From NCBI GenBank assembly GCA_010405405.1, contig MU004236.1, forward strand, positions 1-64,000: a DNA stretch of 64,000 nucleotides. The letters are read 5' to 3'. This document shows positions 49,149 to 61,706 of the stretch, piece after piece. Source of the DNA: Microthyrium microscopicum. Taxonomy: Eukaryota. Position 1 is the first letter of the stretch; each line of letters starts with the position of its first letter. The position numbers and the translations under genes were made by a program. The notes under the pieces are model-generated. The model was given only the letters and a program-made list of their open reading frames with translations, was not told where the DNA came from and searched no databases.

Positions 49149-50279
49149 ATGAAGTACTATTCTCTAATTGCTCTGCTCTTTGCAGAGACTGTCTATTCCC
49201 ATGCTACATGGAACAACTTCTTCGTAGATGGCAAGGCTTCGAAGGAATGCCTCCGTGTCGTCAGCACCAACAGTCCAACCACAAACCTCGCCTCGCCGGA
49301 TCTACGATGTGGACCTGGTGGTGCGAAACCCGCAGCAAGTAGTTGTGCGGTAAAGGTGATATACACGGATGCAATGCGGGTATTGAATCAGTGTTGACGC
49401 TTTCCTAGGCTGGCTCGAAGATTGAGATGCAAATGCATCAGCAGCCAGGCGATCTCTCTGCATGCCCACCAAAGAATAATCCTGCGATCGGCGGCCGGCA
49501 CTTTGGACCCGTTATGGTAATAAAGATATTCCCGTCGAGAAAATACCTCTTGCGCATCAGGAATGTCAATTCTGCTGCTCTGTTTTCATGGAGGAACACC
49601 ATTGATTTGCATTGCAGCAGGTTGTCGGCCCGTATGCCGAGTTAACGACTATGACGGTTTCACTGACAGGTTAGGTCTACATGTGTGAAGTAGCGGACGC
49701 AGCAACATCTTCTGGCGACTGCTCGTGGGTCAAGGTCGCTGAAGACGCGTATACTGGAACTGAGAGTAGTTGGGGAACGGTACGCGTGGTCAAAACCAAC
49801 CATTCCATGGACCAACAGACTGACGATTCAACAGGAAGTTCTAAACAATAACTGCGGCAAGCGGGCGTATACGAGTGCGTGGCATAAAATGAGTGCCTTA
49901 AGGAGACCTTATAAGCTGACGCTGAACAGTTCCTAAGTCGTTAAAGTCAGGCAACTACCTCATTCGCGCGGAGGCTCTGGCACTTCATAGCCAGCCAGGA
50001 CAATCATATATTGCATGCTCGCAGAGTATGTTTCAGCTGCCGTGGAGTGGATAAATGCACATACTGACTTGAATAGTTAACGTTACTGGAGGAGGAAGTA
50101 CAAAACTACCAGCTGGCGTTAAATTCCCTGGAGCTTATACCGCTACGTAAGCTGTCGTGTATATCTCTTGGCTAATCTCGCGCTGACAATATATCCCTAG
50201 TGAGGTAAACAAGAACATCTGGGTCAGCAACTTGAAGTACACCGCACCAGGACCGAAAGTATGGGCGGCAACGGCATGA
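49149..50279 (+). CDS. AA9 lytic polysaccharide monooxygenase; 6 introns
   Basis: Signal peptide followed by His1 (VYS|HATW), NSP..DLRC, HFGPVM|VYM, WVKV, PKSLKSGNYLIRAEALALH..QSYIACSQ, FPGAY, PGPKVW. Confidence 0.92.
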
Positions 50280-52513
50280 AGAATCAGAATTATGTACAGA
50301 CACACTAAGGTAGCGCTGTGAGAATATCAAGAATTAGAAAAAGATGAAGAGTATTTTGGGTACCGGAACGTGGAATTGAAGACCGTCAAGACTGTACATG
50401 AGATCTGAGTTCCGACAATACATCTCATGCATGTGAATGAAGATAGGAAATAATCTGACCAGTCAAAGGCACAGACTGCGCCTCGTTCTTTCAAACGACA
50501 AATGCGCAAGAAGGAAGTTAGTTGGATGAGACATACAGTTGAACGAACGTAGCTCCGGAAATTAGACCTGGCCGTTGGAATATCGACAAAGAGATGCAAT
50601 GCAAGATGCGAGGCAATGCAAGAGGGATTCAAGTAATCAACCACAGTTGGTTTGTCGTGGTTGTTGGCGATGGTGATGTCTCTCCTTCGCCAGCAATGGA
50701 CATGGAAAATTGAATTCTTAGGAAAGTAACGTCGGCTGCAATGCTTTTCAGACACATTTCCAGGCTCGATGTCGGTCCTGAATTGATCGCGTGTTCATCG
50801 ATTCGTTATCAAGGTGTTGATATTGGTATGTGCAGAGAATTGACAGCTCGTCGACGGTTGTCGGTTTGGTGTCACTATTCCTGGAAGATCAACACGAAAA
50901 TTACCCCGATTAGCAAAGCGGGATGCCACTAGTCTAATCTCAGTACCCCTGCTCCTCGTTTTTTACACGCCTCAAGAGTCAAAATAGCGCCTCCGTCGCG
51001 TTTTTTCCACAAACCACCAAGGCTTTCAAGCTTTCAAAAGCTCGGCATCAGCATGAACTGCACTGTGATGTTGCAGATCATTTCAAGCGAAAGATCTGCA
51101 GATCACTTCCATGATCGTTTGTTCGCGCTTTACGGGGTACCCCAGAAGCATATCCCGAAGTCTCGTGCTCTTCCATTGATCATTGGAAATTTGCAAGTTG
51201 TTGTCATACTTACAATGCTTCATCAATATTTTATCGTATGATGGATCGCTAGAGCCTCCTGATGCTCGGCCAAAGCCGCGTACTAAACATGAAAAAGGGT
51301 TCAGATGGTTTGATCGTAGTTAAAATGTGTCACGGCGTTTGATGCGGGGCCGGATCTGGACTCGCACATAGTGACAGAGTCAGTTTGATTTGCTGAGAAT
51401 ACGCAGTGCAGTGCTGGTTCGTTCTTTTGCAGACTCCAGAGTAGCGAAAGTGGCAGAGCTGACACATCTAATCGACGTTAGTACTGTACGCCTACCTACG
51501 CGTCTATAGAAAATAACTTCGCGAAGCGAGGAAAGATGGGGCTCGTGAAAGTAAACTATCTGATAACAAGCGACGCTATCCCTGAAATCCCTGAACTCAG
51601 AGCGCCGATGAATGGTCGGTCCTACAGCAAAGTGTACATCTGGACGGCATGCGAGCGAAAAGGAACGAGAAGAAAGTGTTCTTTAGTACGATGGATCAAC
51701 GCCACTTGCGGCTGCTTGAAGTGTAGCCAATGAAACTTGGAATAAAGTGAAGCTGACCCTTGGAAAATGTAGGGACTAACAAGTGGGAACAAGACCCCTT
51801 GGGCCTTGAGCAAGCCTCCTGGGTACCGTGCCCTGGCTTGCCTGAGCTTGTACCGTACAAGCTACCGTAGATGCGTCCACTGCACTGGCCATGATGGAGA
51901 AGAAGCTACATCGTACATCCTGTTAAGCCAAAAGCATGCATCGCTGAGGAGTTCTGTCTGGCCTCCCACTGCTCAGGCTGGCATCACTGATGGCGGAGTT
52001 GCCGTCTCCAAACGTAGCATCTCAGAGCCTCAGACACATTGGATCTTTGAGGCTGGCTAGACGACAGTCAGGGAATCTCCCAGACAGTTTGACCGTCAAA
52101 AGAGTGTATCGATCCGACCATCGATCTCGGATCCAGAATACCAAGCCTCAAAGGGGGCCTTCTGGACGGTTTGTGGCTTTCGTGATATATGCTGCTAAAC
52201 CCAGATAGGAGCTGCCACGGCCTCGCGCCTGCCGCTTGTTAGTTAGCACTGCAAGTTGTACCCAATTCGCCAAAAGAAGTCGTTCCTCAAAATGCGCGCC
52301 TGTGCTGCCTCGTGTCTGGTGCTTTGATCTTTGATGCTTGGTCTTTCTCTTCTCCCAAATTCCTGGGTCCATACTGTGCCGTCGTTGCCAATTTACCATT
52401 GTGCCTGTCGCCTGTGCCCACAGCTGGAAACTGTCCATCGTATAGTCGTGATTTCCATCTTCTTTGTCGATCGCGTGGCGAGCTCAGCTTGAAGTACAGC
52501 AGCTTGTCGTTCC

Positions 52514-55294
52514 ATGGTACTACCAACAGTCATTAACCTCTTATGCTACGACTCCTTGATTGGCGGTGAATATGGTATGTCCCTTGCCTCAAGGTATAAT
52601 TGTCCGAATACTAAAAACATACAGCCCAAAATACCGCCCCAATCGGAGCCGGTGGATGCGAAAGAGTTGTACAAGAGACTCGAGGTTGTATATCGCCAGC
52701 AAGAAACCAGATTAAGACGTCGTACTTTGGTTCATGAGCTTTTACCGATAGACAGCAACCTCAGTGTTGAGACAAGTCTTTCTGCGCCGCTATCTAGCTC
52801 TCTCAATCCTCCGGGCGACTACAGTTATGGCGATTATAGCTACGATATTGCAACAGACCTTGGAGCAGACTTCGGAAACACAGCTCCCCTACCACCAACT
52901 GCTCTCCCAACTCGACCAACCTCATTTCTTCCTCCTGCGAACGAACCATTACCACAAAGCTTACAACTGCTTAACCGACTAAGCACCTTTGGAGAGCCCA
53001 GGAACAATAGACATACCCTTCAGGCTAACCATGCAGCAAGCAACAACAGGCATACTCTCCAACCGAACTATCCATTAGCCGACCTGTTTAGCTCTAAACT
53101 TTCAAATGAACTTCAAGATGTTGGACAAGCTGCAAGGCTCGGTGCTAAATCAAACTCTCGCCCCAGCACATCATGGAATGCTGAGAAGCATAGTCGACAG
53201 ATTCATAAGGAAGAGGAGGATGACGCGACTGAATTAAACATATCTGGTCATCCGCAGCGGCCAAAGTCCTTGTACAACATGCAAGCGCTCAACTCTCATC
53301 CGGTCAAATTCACAGATGGAACAGGAATAATCAAACATGAATCGTTACGCGAGGTGCAATCCGTGCCTCAGCCGGTCCAAATTGTCAACCATGAGCATAC
53401 TATGCCTAGGATCGCTCCTGTATCGTCCATCAAAGACGATTTCCATGCTTTCAATTTGGAGCCACCTGCTGTGGCACGAGACGGCTATACCACAACTGGC
53501 TCTGGACTATCCTCGGCTACTACCATTGCACAAGGTCACTCAGCGTCATCGTCAAAGAGTAATCGCAAATCTTGGAATCCGAAAAGCTTCATTTCTCGTA
53601 TGAAAGAGAGGAGAAGCGGTCCAGACCAGCCAATTCCTGTACCAATTCTTCGGGAGCAGTTTTCGGCCTCGATTCCAAATTTACATGAAATCGTCGTTGA
53701 GCCTGAGACTCTTGCCCGTCCCGATATGCCAAACTTTGGTCATTCTGCCCCTGTGGTCCCACAATGGGAGCGACCTATTCCTCGGCCACAAACGACAGCA
53801 TTCGCACCTTTCAAATTCGAGGACTACCGGTTTTCTGGGGTGTCTGACTTTGGATCGCTACGTGATTCTGATCCTAATGGACACTTTCGTCTTTCAGATC
53901 TTGATTCTGGGCTCGGTTTGTCAGATACCGGCTCGAGTGCAGGCGCAGAAGAAATGCCTACACTGATGCCAGGCGCAGAAAAGAGACCAGACTGGAATAA
54001 GATTGACACATCCAGAAAGCGAGATAGCACTATGCTACTGCAAAGTCGTGCGCCCGGCGAAAGTGGCTCTCCCACCAAGAAAGCTTATCGAGAATCGGCT
54101 CTCCGTCAAGAGGTTGCCTCGCAGGACGAATTTGCTTTCGACAGCAGCCTTGACGATAGCTTTCATAGCTTTGATCATAGCTTTGATCTTCAAGATGAGC
54201 CACCAGAAGATGAAGGCGTTTTTGTCAGCTTTCCACAAGAACCGTTGACTCCTGAACCAGACTATGGCGCCCATGAACCAACTCATCATGTCCGAACAAT
54301 ATCAGCTTCTGCTCCAATCACACCGCCACCTGTTCCTGAAAAGACTACAAAGGCAAATAAACGAAAAACTCTCGACCCTCGGCAACTCTTCTCAAGCACT
54401 AGGACTTCGTCTGTCAAACAAAGCGATCCATCCACGCCACCTAGCCGATCGAGATCAAACAGGTACACCATGTCGCACAGCTCCTCTCACGCTGTGTCAT
54501 CGCCTCGTGATACCAGGCCTTCGTCACGGTCTCAACCCATTGTTATCGCTCCTCACACTGAAGAGCCAATGCCAGACACTAACTCCTATCTCTACGATCC
54601 TACAAATCAGTCTCACTCCATATCTCAACGATCTCATCGGTCACAAAATTCTAGCAAGATGCATTCCACACGAGCATCTATGCATAGCCCACTTCCACCA
54701 GCCGACCTCAACATACCACCTCCACCACCAGTGCCAGCCAAAGAGCTCGCCAAAATGACTCCTGCTAGTATAGCTTTCCTTCGCGAGCAAGAGAAGTTAC
54801 TCATGCGTCGGTCAACAATGCAGCATTCGAATTCCTATATGCAGGAGAAATTCCGCGCTTTCGATGATCAAGGCGAGATTGGCGTTGCTTTCAGCCCAGC
54901 AACCCCCTTCACTGGCGTAGACTCGGCCAGCTCAAACACACACACTCCCCGGATATCTAGTAGCCTTGGATATTCACAGTATGGAAGCTATCAAAGCTAT
55001 CAAAGTCCTGCTGAGCAACAAACCTCCTTCTCACAGTCCATGAACACACGCTTCGCTCTAGCCTCATCACCTCCTCCCGAATCCGCCGCGCAATCCGTAC
55101 GTGGAATCGTAACATCCCCCCACACCCGGCAAGGAAGCGTCAACTACCACGGCATGTCCTCGACGCGCAAAGCCCTTGGCCGTCACATGCCCCAAGCGAC
55201 CACCAGCATGATGGAACTCGACAAAAGTACCGGAAAAATTGCACCACCCAAACAAAAGAAGAAGAGATGGTGGAAAGTGTGGAAGCTGGTCTAA
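52514..55294 (+). CDS. Large Ser/Pro-rich, probably disordered hypothetical protein
   Basis: 926-codon open frame with a probable in-frame 51-nt intron near 52574-52624; basic/Trp C-terminus KKKRWWKVWKLV; no recognised domain. Confidence 0.8.
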   Translation: MVLPTVINLLCYDSLIGGEYGMSLASRYNCPNTKNIQPKIPPQSEPVDAKELYKRLEVVYRQQETRLRRRTLVHELLPIDSNLSVETSLSAPLSSSLNPPGDYSYGDYSYDIATDLGADFGNTAPLPPTALPTRPTSFLPPANEPLPQSLQLLNRLSTFGEPRNNRHTLQANHAASNNRHTLQPNYPLADLFSSKLSNELQDVGQAARLGAKSNSRPSTSWNAEKHSRQIHKEEEDDATELNISGHPQRPKSLYNMQALNSHPVKFTDGTGIIKHESLREVQSVPQPVQIVNHEHTMPRIAPVSSIKDDFHAFNLEPPAVARDGYTTTGSGLSSATTIAQGHSASSSKSNRKSWNPKSFISRMKERRSGPDQPIPVPILREQFSASIPNLHEIVVEPETLARPDMPNFGHSAPVVPQWERPIPRPQTTAFAPFKFEDYRFSGVSDFGSLRDSDPNGHFRLSDLDSGLGLSDTGSSAGAEEMPTLMPGAEKRPDWNKIDTSRKRDSTMLLQSRAPGESGSPTKKAYRESALRQEVASQDEFAFDSSLDDSFHSFDHSFDLQDEPPEDEGVFVSFPQEPLTPEPDYGAHEPTHHVRTISASAPITPPPVPEKTTKANKRKTLDPRQLFSSTRTSSVKQSDPSTPPSRSRSNRYTMSHSSSHAVSSPRDTRPSSRSQPIVIAPHTEEPMPDTNSYLYDPTNQSHSISQRSHRSQNSSKMHSTRASMHSPLPPADLNIPPPPPVPAKELAKMTPASIAFLREQEKLLMRRSTMQHSNSYMQEKFRAFDDQGEIGVAFSPATPFTGVDSASSNTHTPRISSSLGYSQYGSYQSYQSPAEQQTSFSQSMNTRFALASSPPPESAAQSVRGIVTSPHTRQGSVNYHGMSSTRKALGRHMPQATTSMMELDKSTGKIAPPKQKKKRWWKVWKLV

Positions 55295-55773
55295 AAGTTT
55301 TACTCTTTTTGCAACTAATGGGCCGGAAAAGCGGGTGTATAATAGAACTGCATCTTGGCAATTCTCCCCGAGATTGGACGGCATTTTCTGGTTTTTCTTG
55401 CATAGCGTGGACTCTTACATGGGCTCGTTTTCTGTTTCTATTATACTCTAATCTCCTTTGGATAGGTCCGTCGCGATAATGAGTACATATATAGATGATC
55501 GAACGACGGGCAGAAGACTGGGAATGATGACATGTATATTTCTGCTCTTTAGAGCACATATCTAGAACTAATGCCATATTATAATCGTACTATCATTATC
55601 ATCTGATTTCATAACCATTTGTGTCGTGAGCCAGCCATATGCTTAAGCGTACTATTTGTCCAACATATTGAGATGCTTTGGTGTCTTCCAATACATCACC
55701 CACTTCAAGTATTGCTGTTGTTAATGTAGCCAAGCTGTACGGTATCCCTTACAAACATCCGTCAGGACCTTGA

Positions 55774-58126
55774 TCATTTCTTCTCTGCCTGGTCGTCCGT
55801 CTTTGCTTCAACCTTTGGTTCCGTCTTTGCTTCTGTCTTGGCGTCTGCCGTTGCATCTGCTTTGCCTTCTTCTTCCTCCTCTGCCTTTGATCCCCACCAA
55901 CCTCCTGTGAGAATGTTAGTGAGAAGCCAGTTTTGACGATTAAAATATTGACATACCGAGAGCATCTTTTCCTCCTTGCAGTTTTGTCGTCGCCCAGTCC
56001 ATCACTTTCTCGTGATTGCGCTTCTCTACCTTCTTTTCAAGGTCTTTGATTTGCTCATCATCTCCCTTGCCTTCCTTTGTATCCTTGTCTTCTTGTTCTT
56101 TGGTCTCCTTTTCTTCCTTTTCTTGCATTTCTTTCATATCCTCTTCCTCCGCTTCGACAAGTTCATTATCGAGGTCCTCAAATCCAATCTTCTTCAGTAT
56201 ACTTCCAGTCAAGAAGCGATATTGCAAATGTCCAGAGACAATATCGCTGACGTCAATGTTTTCGACGCCTTTAACACCCTCAACCTTCTCCAAGCCAGCG
56301 ACTCCAAGTTCCATGGCATTGGCGCGATATAGGAAGGCGAGAATGTAATCGTTCTCAGAGTAGACATTGACAAGTCTTCCTGAAACCGCTGCCCGCATCT
56401 GTCTCCAGTCCCAAGACTGACTTGACATCGGACTTCCAAGTACTACGGCATTCTCGACGAGACCGAATTGCTTTCGCTCAGCAAGTTTTCGCAGGCAAGT
56501 TTGTATCACCCGTGCACCAAGCGAATATCCAATAAGTGTGACTGGTCGCTCTCCCTGAACTCTGTTTGCAAGTGCATCAGCTAGAACTTCTCCAGCCTTG
56601 TCTGCTCGTACCAGACCAACGCTGAAGGGATTGTCGACAACATGAGCCATTTTGATAATTTTCAGGGGCCACAACTCTGCCATCATTACACCAAGAACGC
56701 TTCTTTTCAACAATTGCTTCTTAGCATACACCCACGCAGTTGTCCGTAACATTCCAGTGATTGCATTTCCAAGTTCCAGCAGTTTCTCAAGCTCCCATCG
56801 CAGCGCAAAACCTTCAATAGAGGACGATAGCACCCGCCATGGTTTGACTACCTCCTCTTTGTCGGTGAGCCAGCCTGAAATTCCAATGGCAACTCGAAGT
56901 CTTCGATATTCCATCTCGATCTTCCTTGGTCGGTGGTGTTTGTGTATCTGTACAAAACCAAAATCTTCGACTTCTTTTGCATATTCGTCCATCATTTTGC
57001 CAGACATCTTCGCACCATAGGCGCCAAAGAGACTCCCTACTACCAAAGAGCTGCTTGCCAGACTTCCCAAGTATCCCGCGGCGGCGAACTCTGCTATTCC
57101 TAGGCCGCCCATCACGGAGCCAACTCCTGCCGCAACAATGGGAGCTGCCAAACCTCCAGTGACACCGATAAGTGCAGCACCAGCGGCAGTCGCGAGACCG
57201 ACTTTCCATTTCCGCGATGACGCATTGTCTTCCGCCGCTTTCTTGGTCTCCGCGTCAGCCGACAGCTCAGCAGCCGTAAGCAAAGTACGAGCAATACTAC
57301 TCTCATCCTCCGACAGCACTGCCAGCTTCAAATTCAGACTACTCGCCAAATTGAGCAAAAGTATTCTCGAATAAGCCGCATAATGCTCAAGGCTCAACAA
57401 CAGCAACATAACAGAGTGTAGCACCACTTTGCGCTGATCCTCAGACAATTCCGTCACCAGTTCCGTCTTCACAGGTGGATATAATTCCTTGAACAACAAC
57501 TCCGCCTGCTCACTCTTTCCCTCATCTTCATCCCATTTCTCGAGCTTGACATCCTCATCCTTCTTACTATCCTGCGCCGCCGCATCACCCATCTTCTTCG
57601 TAACTTCCGCCACCTGTTCCTTGACATGGTCCTTCTCGCCCAGCACATCGCCAATTCGATCCAGCGCTTTCTTGCGCCAGCCATCGTAGAACTCTAGAAC
57701 ATCCTTCTTTAGCTTCTGTACTTCCTCCTTACTCAATTCCTCTACAATGCGCTCGCGCTTCTTCTGCGCTTCCTCGGCAGCCTCGACATCCGCTTTGCCG
57801 ACATCTAGGTCTGGATTATCGAGCGGATTTGCGCCGAGCGGGCCAGCGGTGAGCTCACCAACAAAGCGAGGATCGAAGATGGCGGTGATGTTGCCGCGCA
57901 TTTGCACGCAGATGCTGGCGAGGAGAAGTGTTAGGGCGGCGCGCTGTTCGGGGGTGGGAAGAATGGTGTGGAGGGATTGGTTATTGTCGTCGGGGACATC
58001 TTTGAGGGAGGATTTGGGACCGGACGGTTGGGTGCTTGTAGATGTTGATTTTGGAGGTTTATCGGATTCGGCTTCAGCGTGCTTGCTGAAGGGGTTTAAG
58101 CTGTGGAGATGAGGTAGTTTGTCCAT
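55774..58126 (-). CDS. DUF726/TMCO4/Mil1-like alpha/beta-hydrolase-fold membrane-associated protein; 1 intron
   Basis: GAALIGVTGGLAAP, ISGWL, DNPFSV, RPVTLIGYSLGAR (GxSxG), NVYSENDYIL, GHLQY. Terminal exon after an intron at ~55906-55956. Confidence 0.92.
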
Positions 58127-59105
58127 GGCTGGTGATAGGCGTTTTCGGAGCCCGGCAAAAGTTGTGTTGCGGTTGTAAAAGGTTGGACGCCCGTAGCTAT
58201 ATTATGGCATTTTGGAATCTCTCAACAGTTTCAAGATTTGGGGATCGCTGGCAGAGTGGATCTAGATAGCCTTGCTTCTGTCGGTTGTAGTGGGGTGACC
58301 CTGTACAGACTTGCATGATGTGTGATGTCAACTTCTTGTTTGGTGGTTATGATTCGCTCATTACTATTTCCACTAGTTAGGATCTTGATAATGCAAATAG
58401 TACTACCTGATACAGGGTATTGTCTATACAATCTGGTAATTGCTATAATAATGGAAGTATATATCAAGTGAATAGAGGAGATGACAGTAACATGGGATTT
58501 CATAATGACATATATACCTCTCAGGGACCTAGTGTCTGCTGCGTTCAGAGACACTTCAAGTACCTATAAAAGTACATTAAACTCTTCTTCCTATCCATGT
58601 CGAAAACCAATTAAGCTGTTGGGTCTGCATACAGCTGTTGCGAGCTAAGCTGCCAGGGGGTGGTCCAAAAAGCCTCAGCCTTGCACTCAGCCTTGTCACA
58701 TCACTACTTATTACCTCACCCATAACAAGCTACACTGTTGTAGGCACTCGTTTTAAAGAACATAGGATGCTAAGCAGTAGCAAGTCTTATATAAACCATA
58801 TCATATCTTGTTCATGTGGCATCTAAAGCTCAAGCACTGAGCGTCCTCTTGCAACCTTCCCAGACTGGAAGCATAGAACCCGTTTCGGGAGACAATACTT
58901 GCGGGAGACCTCCTGTATTAGGACCTTTCAACAGGAGCCTTAATATGATGGAATCAGCCAGTCAGTCTACTCTGGGAAAGAGCTCATCTGTAGCTAATTT
59001 CCTTTTCCCCTCCTTGATGAGACTCCACAGTGAATTATTATTTCTGTCCTGACTCCGTCAACCTTCTCCTCTCAACCTTGAGATATCGACTTTCGTTTGC
59101 TCACC

Positions 59106-61197
59106 ATGTGGGACATCGTATTCTCTCTTGCCATCTTCTGGGGTAGCATCCTCGGACTTGGTATGCTTGGAAAACTCACCAACTCTCTCTGGCATCTGCG
59201 CGCGAGTCTACAGACTCGAGAGCCTGAAGGTCATGCACGTCCTCACCCCATCCAGCGCCTCTATGCCAAAGCCAAAGGACTGCTGTATGGCTATCTCATC
59301 CTGCCTCCTCTCTTTGGATCGTTCCATCGCCGCTTGCTGTTTGGCGATTTCATCATGCCGACGCGTATCGAAGCACTTGTCATCTTCGCCTTTTGGGCAC
59401 TGAACATCATGCTTTGCTCTGTCGAGAACCAAGTCATCATCAAACGCGCCCCGTAAGTCCTCAAATGATTGGACCTTTATTCACATGATGTACTAACAAA
59501 TCAGTGACTCTGCTCATGTTACAACTGTTGCTTCACTCATCTATCGCCGAACGGGCAAAATGGCTGTGGCCAATCTACCTTGGTTGTGGATTTTTGGTGC
59601 TCGAAACAACATCTTCCAGTGGGCAACGGGCTGGAATTTCTCCACGTTCAATCTCTTCCATCGCCACATTGCTCGAGTCGTTCTGTTTGAAGCAATCGCT
59701 CACGCGGGAGCCGAGACTTGGAGTCGAATCAATCGTAAGTCAGTGCTCTTGTACGAGTGAATGTGGCACTAAAATCAGACAGAAGGCAAGTATGCTCAGA
59801 TGTTCAGCGCAACCTACGTGCAGGTGGGGCTTGCGGTATGTGTAGGCGTCTCAAGTAGAAATCGTGCTTTTCGCTAATGTTGAGTACCTAGACTATCATT
59901 GCTATGGGTCTGATGGTTCTTCTAATGTCTTCCATTGCATTTCGTCGACACTACTACGAAGCATTCTTGGCAGCTCACATACTTTTGGCTGTTGTCGTCT
60001 TGGTTGGCCTGTACTTGTAAGCTTGATAGGTTCCGCCCGAGCTGACTCACAACTAACGTCTTCACAGCCATATACCAACAAGTCATCCGGAATATCAACC
60101 ATATCTCTGGTCCATCGTTGCCATTTGGGCGTTCGAACGCCTGCTTCGCATAGTCAAATTGGTCTACTGCAACATCAGACTAACATTTAGCAAGCACGTT
60201 CTCCAAGTGTCCAAGTGTCTAGCGTCCTGGGATCCAGCTTCCGACATGGTAAAAGTCACTATTACCCTGGCCCACGACATTTTGACTCCCAAAGCCGGCC
60301 AATTCTACTTCCTATATCGACCAGTTGGATGGAAAGGTTGGGAAAGTCACCCATTCACACTAGGCAGTTACACTCGAGCTGGCCCAAAGCAACTGGTCTT
60401 CTGGATCCGTCCATTGGACGGATGGACCCAGCACCTCCGAGAAGTCTGTCGTCGGTCCCCAGGTTTGACCACAGCTACCCGTCTCTTTGTGGAAGGGCCA
60501 TACGGCCATCCTGCACGTCTCTGCCACTTTCCGCGAGTGTTGCTGATCGCTGGTGGCAGCGGCATCTCGTCGGTAGTTCCATATGTGGAAGAGCACGTCC
60601 ACCGGGCGTCCGTGACTCCTGTAACTGGCGAGAGTGCTGTTCATACTCGCCGCATGGTAAGGTTCTTGCCGTGACTTTCAACGCATTCGATGGCTCCCAT
60701 AGTATGCGTTTCTGAACGAGTATGATGGTTCCCATCGAGTGTGATGGTTGTTTGACCGTTTTACCCCGACAAGGCCAAATGGTCTATTCGCCATTTATAC
60801 TGACAGTTTTTAGGCACTTGCAACTCGGCAGCTGGATATTGTCTGGTGCTGCCCACAGCGATCTCTACTCTACGCCGTAGCCGAAGCCGAACTATCACCA
60901 GCCTTGAGTCGTAACGACATCACGATGCGCTTCTTCTGTTCCGCGAGCTCGGGACACACCAGTTCGGAGGAGGGGACCATCTCAGAGGTCGATGTGTTGG
61001 TGGCCGAAGGCCGACCAGATTTGAAAGCTATTGTAAGTGAAACTGCACGTGAACATGGCGAGAGCGAAGACTGCGGTGAATTGGCAATTTTGGTTTGCGG
61101 GCCAGCTAGTATGGCGGATGAAGTAAGAATGGCGGTGGTGGAAGCGACTAGAAATGGTGCTCGTATTGAGTACTTTGAGGAGACTTTTGGATGGTAG
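59106..61197 (+). CDS. Ferric/cupric reductase (FRE, NOX family); 5 introns
   Basis: Heme His pairs FHRHIAR..AIAH and FLAAHILL..H, FAD motif WESHPFT, EGPYG, LIAGGSGIS, VCGP, terminal EETFGW. Confidence 0.9.
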
Positions 61198-61331
61198 AAC
61201 CTTCGGGTAGGACTCAGGAGCGAGAGGAGCTTTTGTGCTATTAGTGTTTCAGGGTGATAGCTTCGTTTGAAATAATACGGTAACGAATCGAAGGATTGAT
61301 TTTCTTTCAAAGACTCTACTTACTAGATATT

Positions 61332-61542
61332 CAACGGCATGGCAAAATAACTGTCGTGCTCCCATCTGCGGTGATGGCTTCCATGAACGCTGAAGAAAAC
61401 ATGCTTTACTCCCCATCCTATTCGATCAAAGGCTGGGAAGTTAAGACAGTCTTTGGCAAATAAAGCACCCGAAAATGGAACGTAACCTATGGCAGCCGGC
61501 GAGGCTGATGGCGGGCGCGCCATTCATTTTGCCAGTCCGTTG
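61332..61542. mobile_element. MITE-like element, copy H (211 bp)
   Basis: caacggcatggcaaaataactgtcgtgctcccatc ... ggcgcgccattcattttgccagtccgttg; internal aaataaagcac as in copies A and B; no clear TSD. Confidence 0.8.
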
Positions 61543-61706
61543 GCAATCTTGGTCCTGGTCTATACAGTGTCATCTTGTTTGACAATAGTATATTTCATGT
61601 TGACTTCTGTTGCAACCAGGCATCTCGACCGACAATAGATGCTCTCAATGGACCGCAACCTTGCTGCATGTTGGTTTGGGGAGGAGGTTGGAGTTGTGAG
61701 AGGTTG

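Noticed and set aside
51558..51566. SreA-type ATCTGATAA site
   Set aside because: Not next to an iron-uptake gene, and the same 9-mer also occurs at unrelated positions (~2104, 63211).
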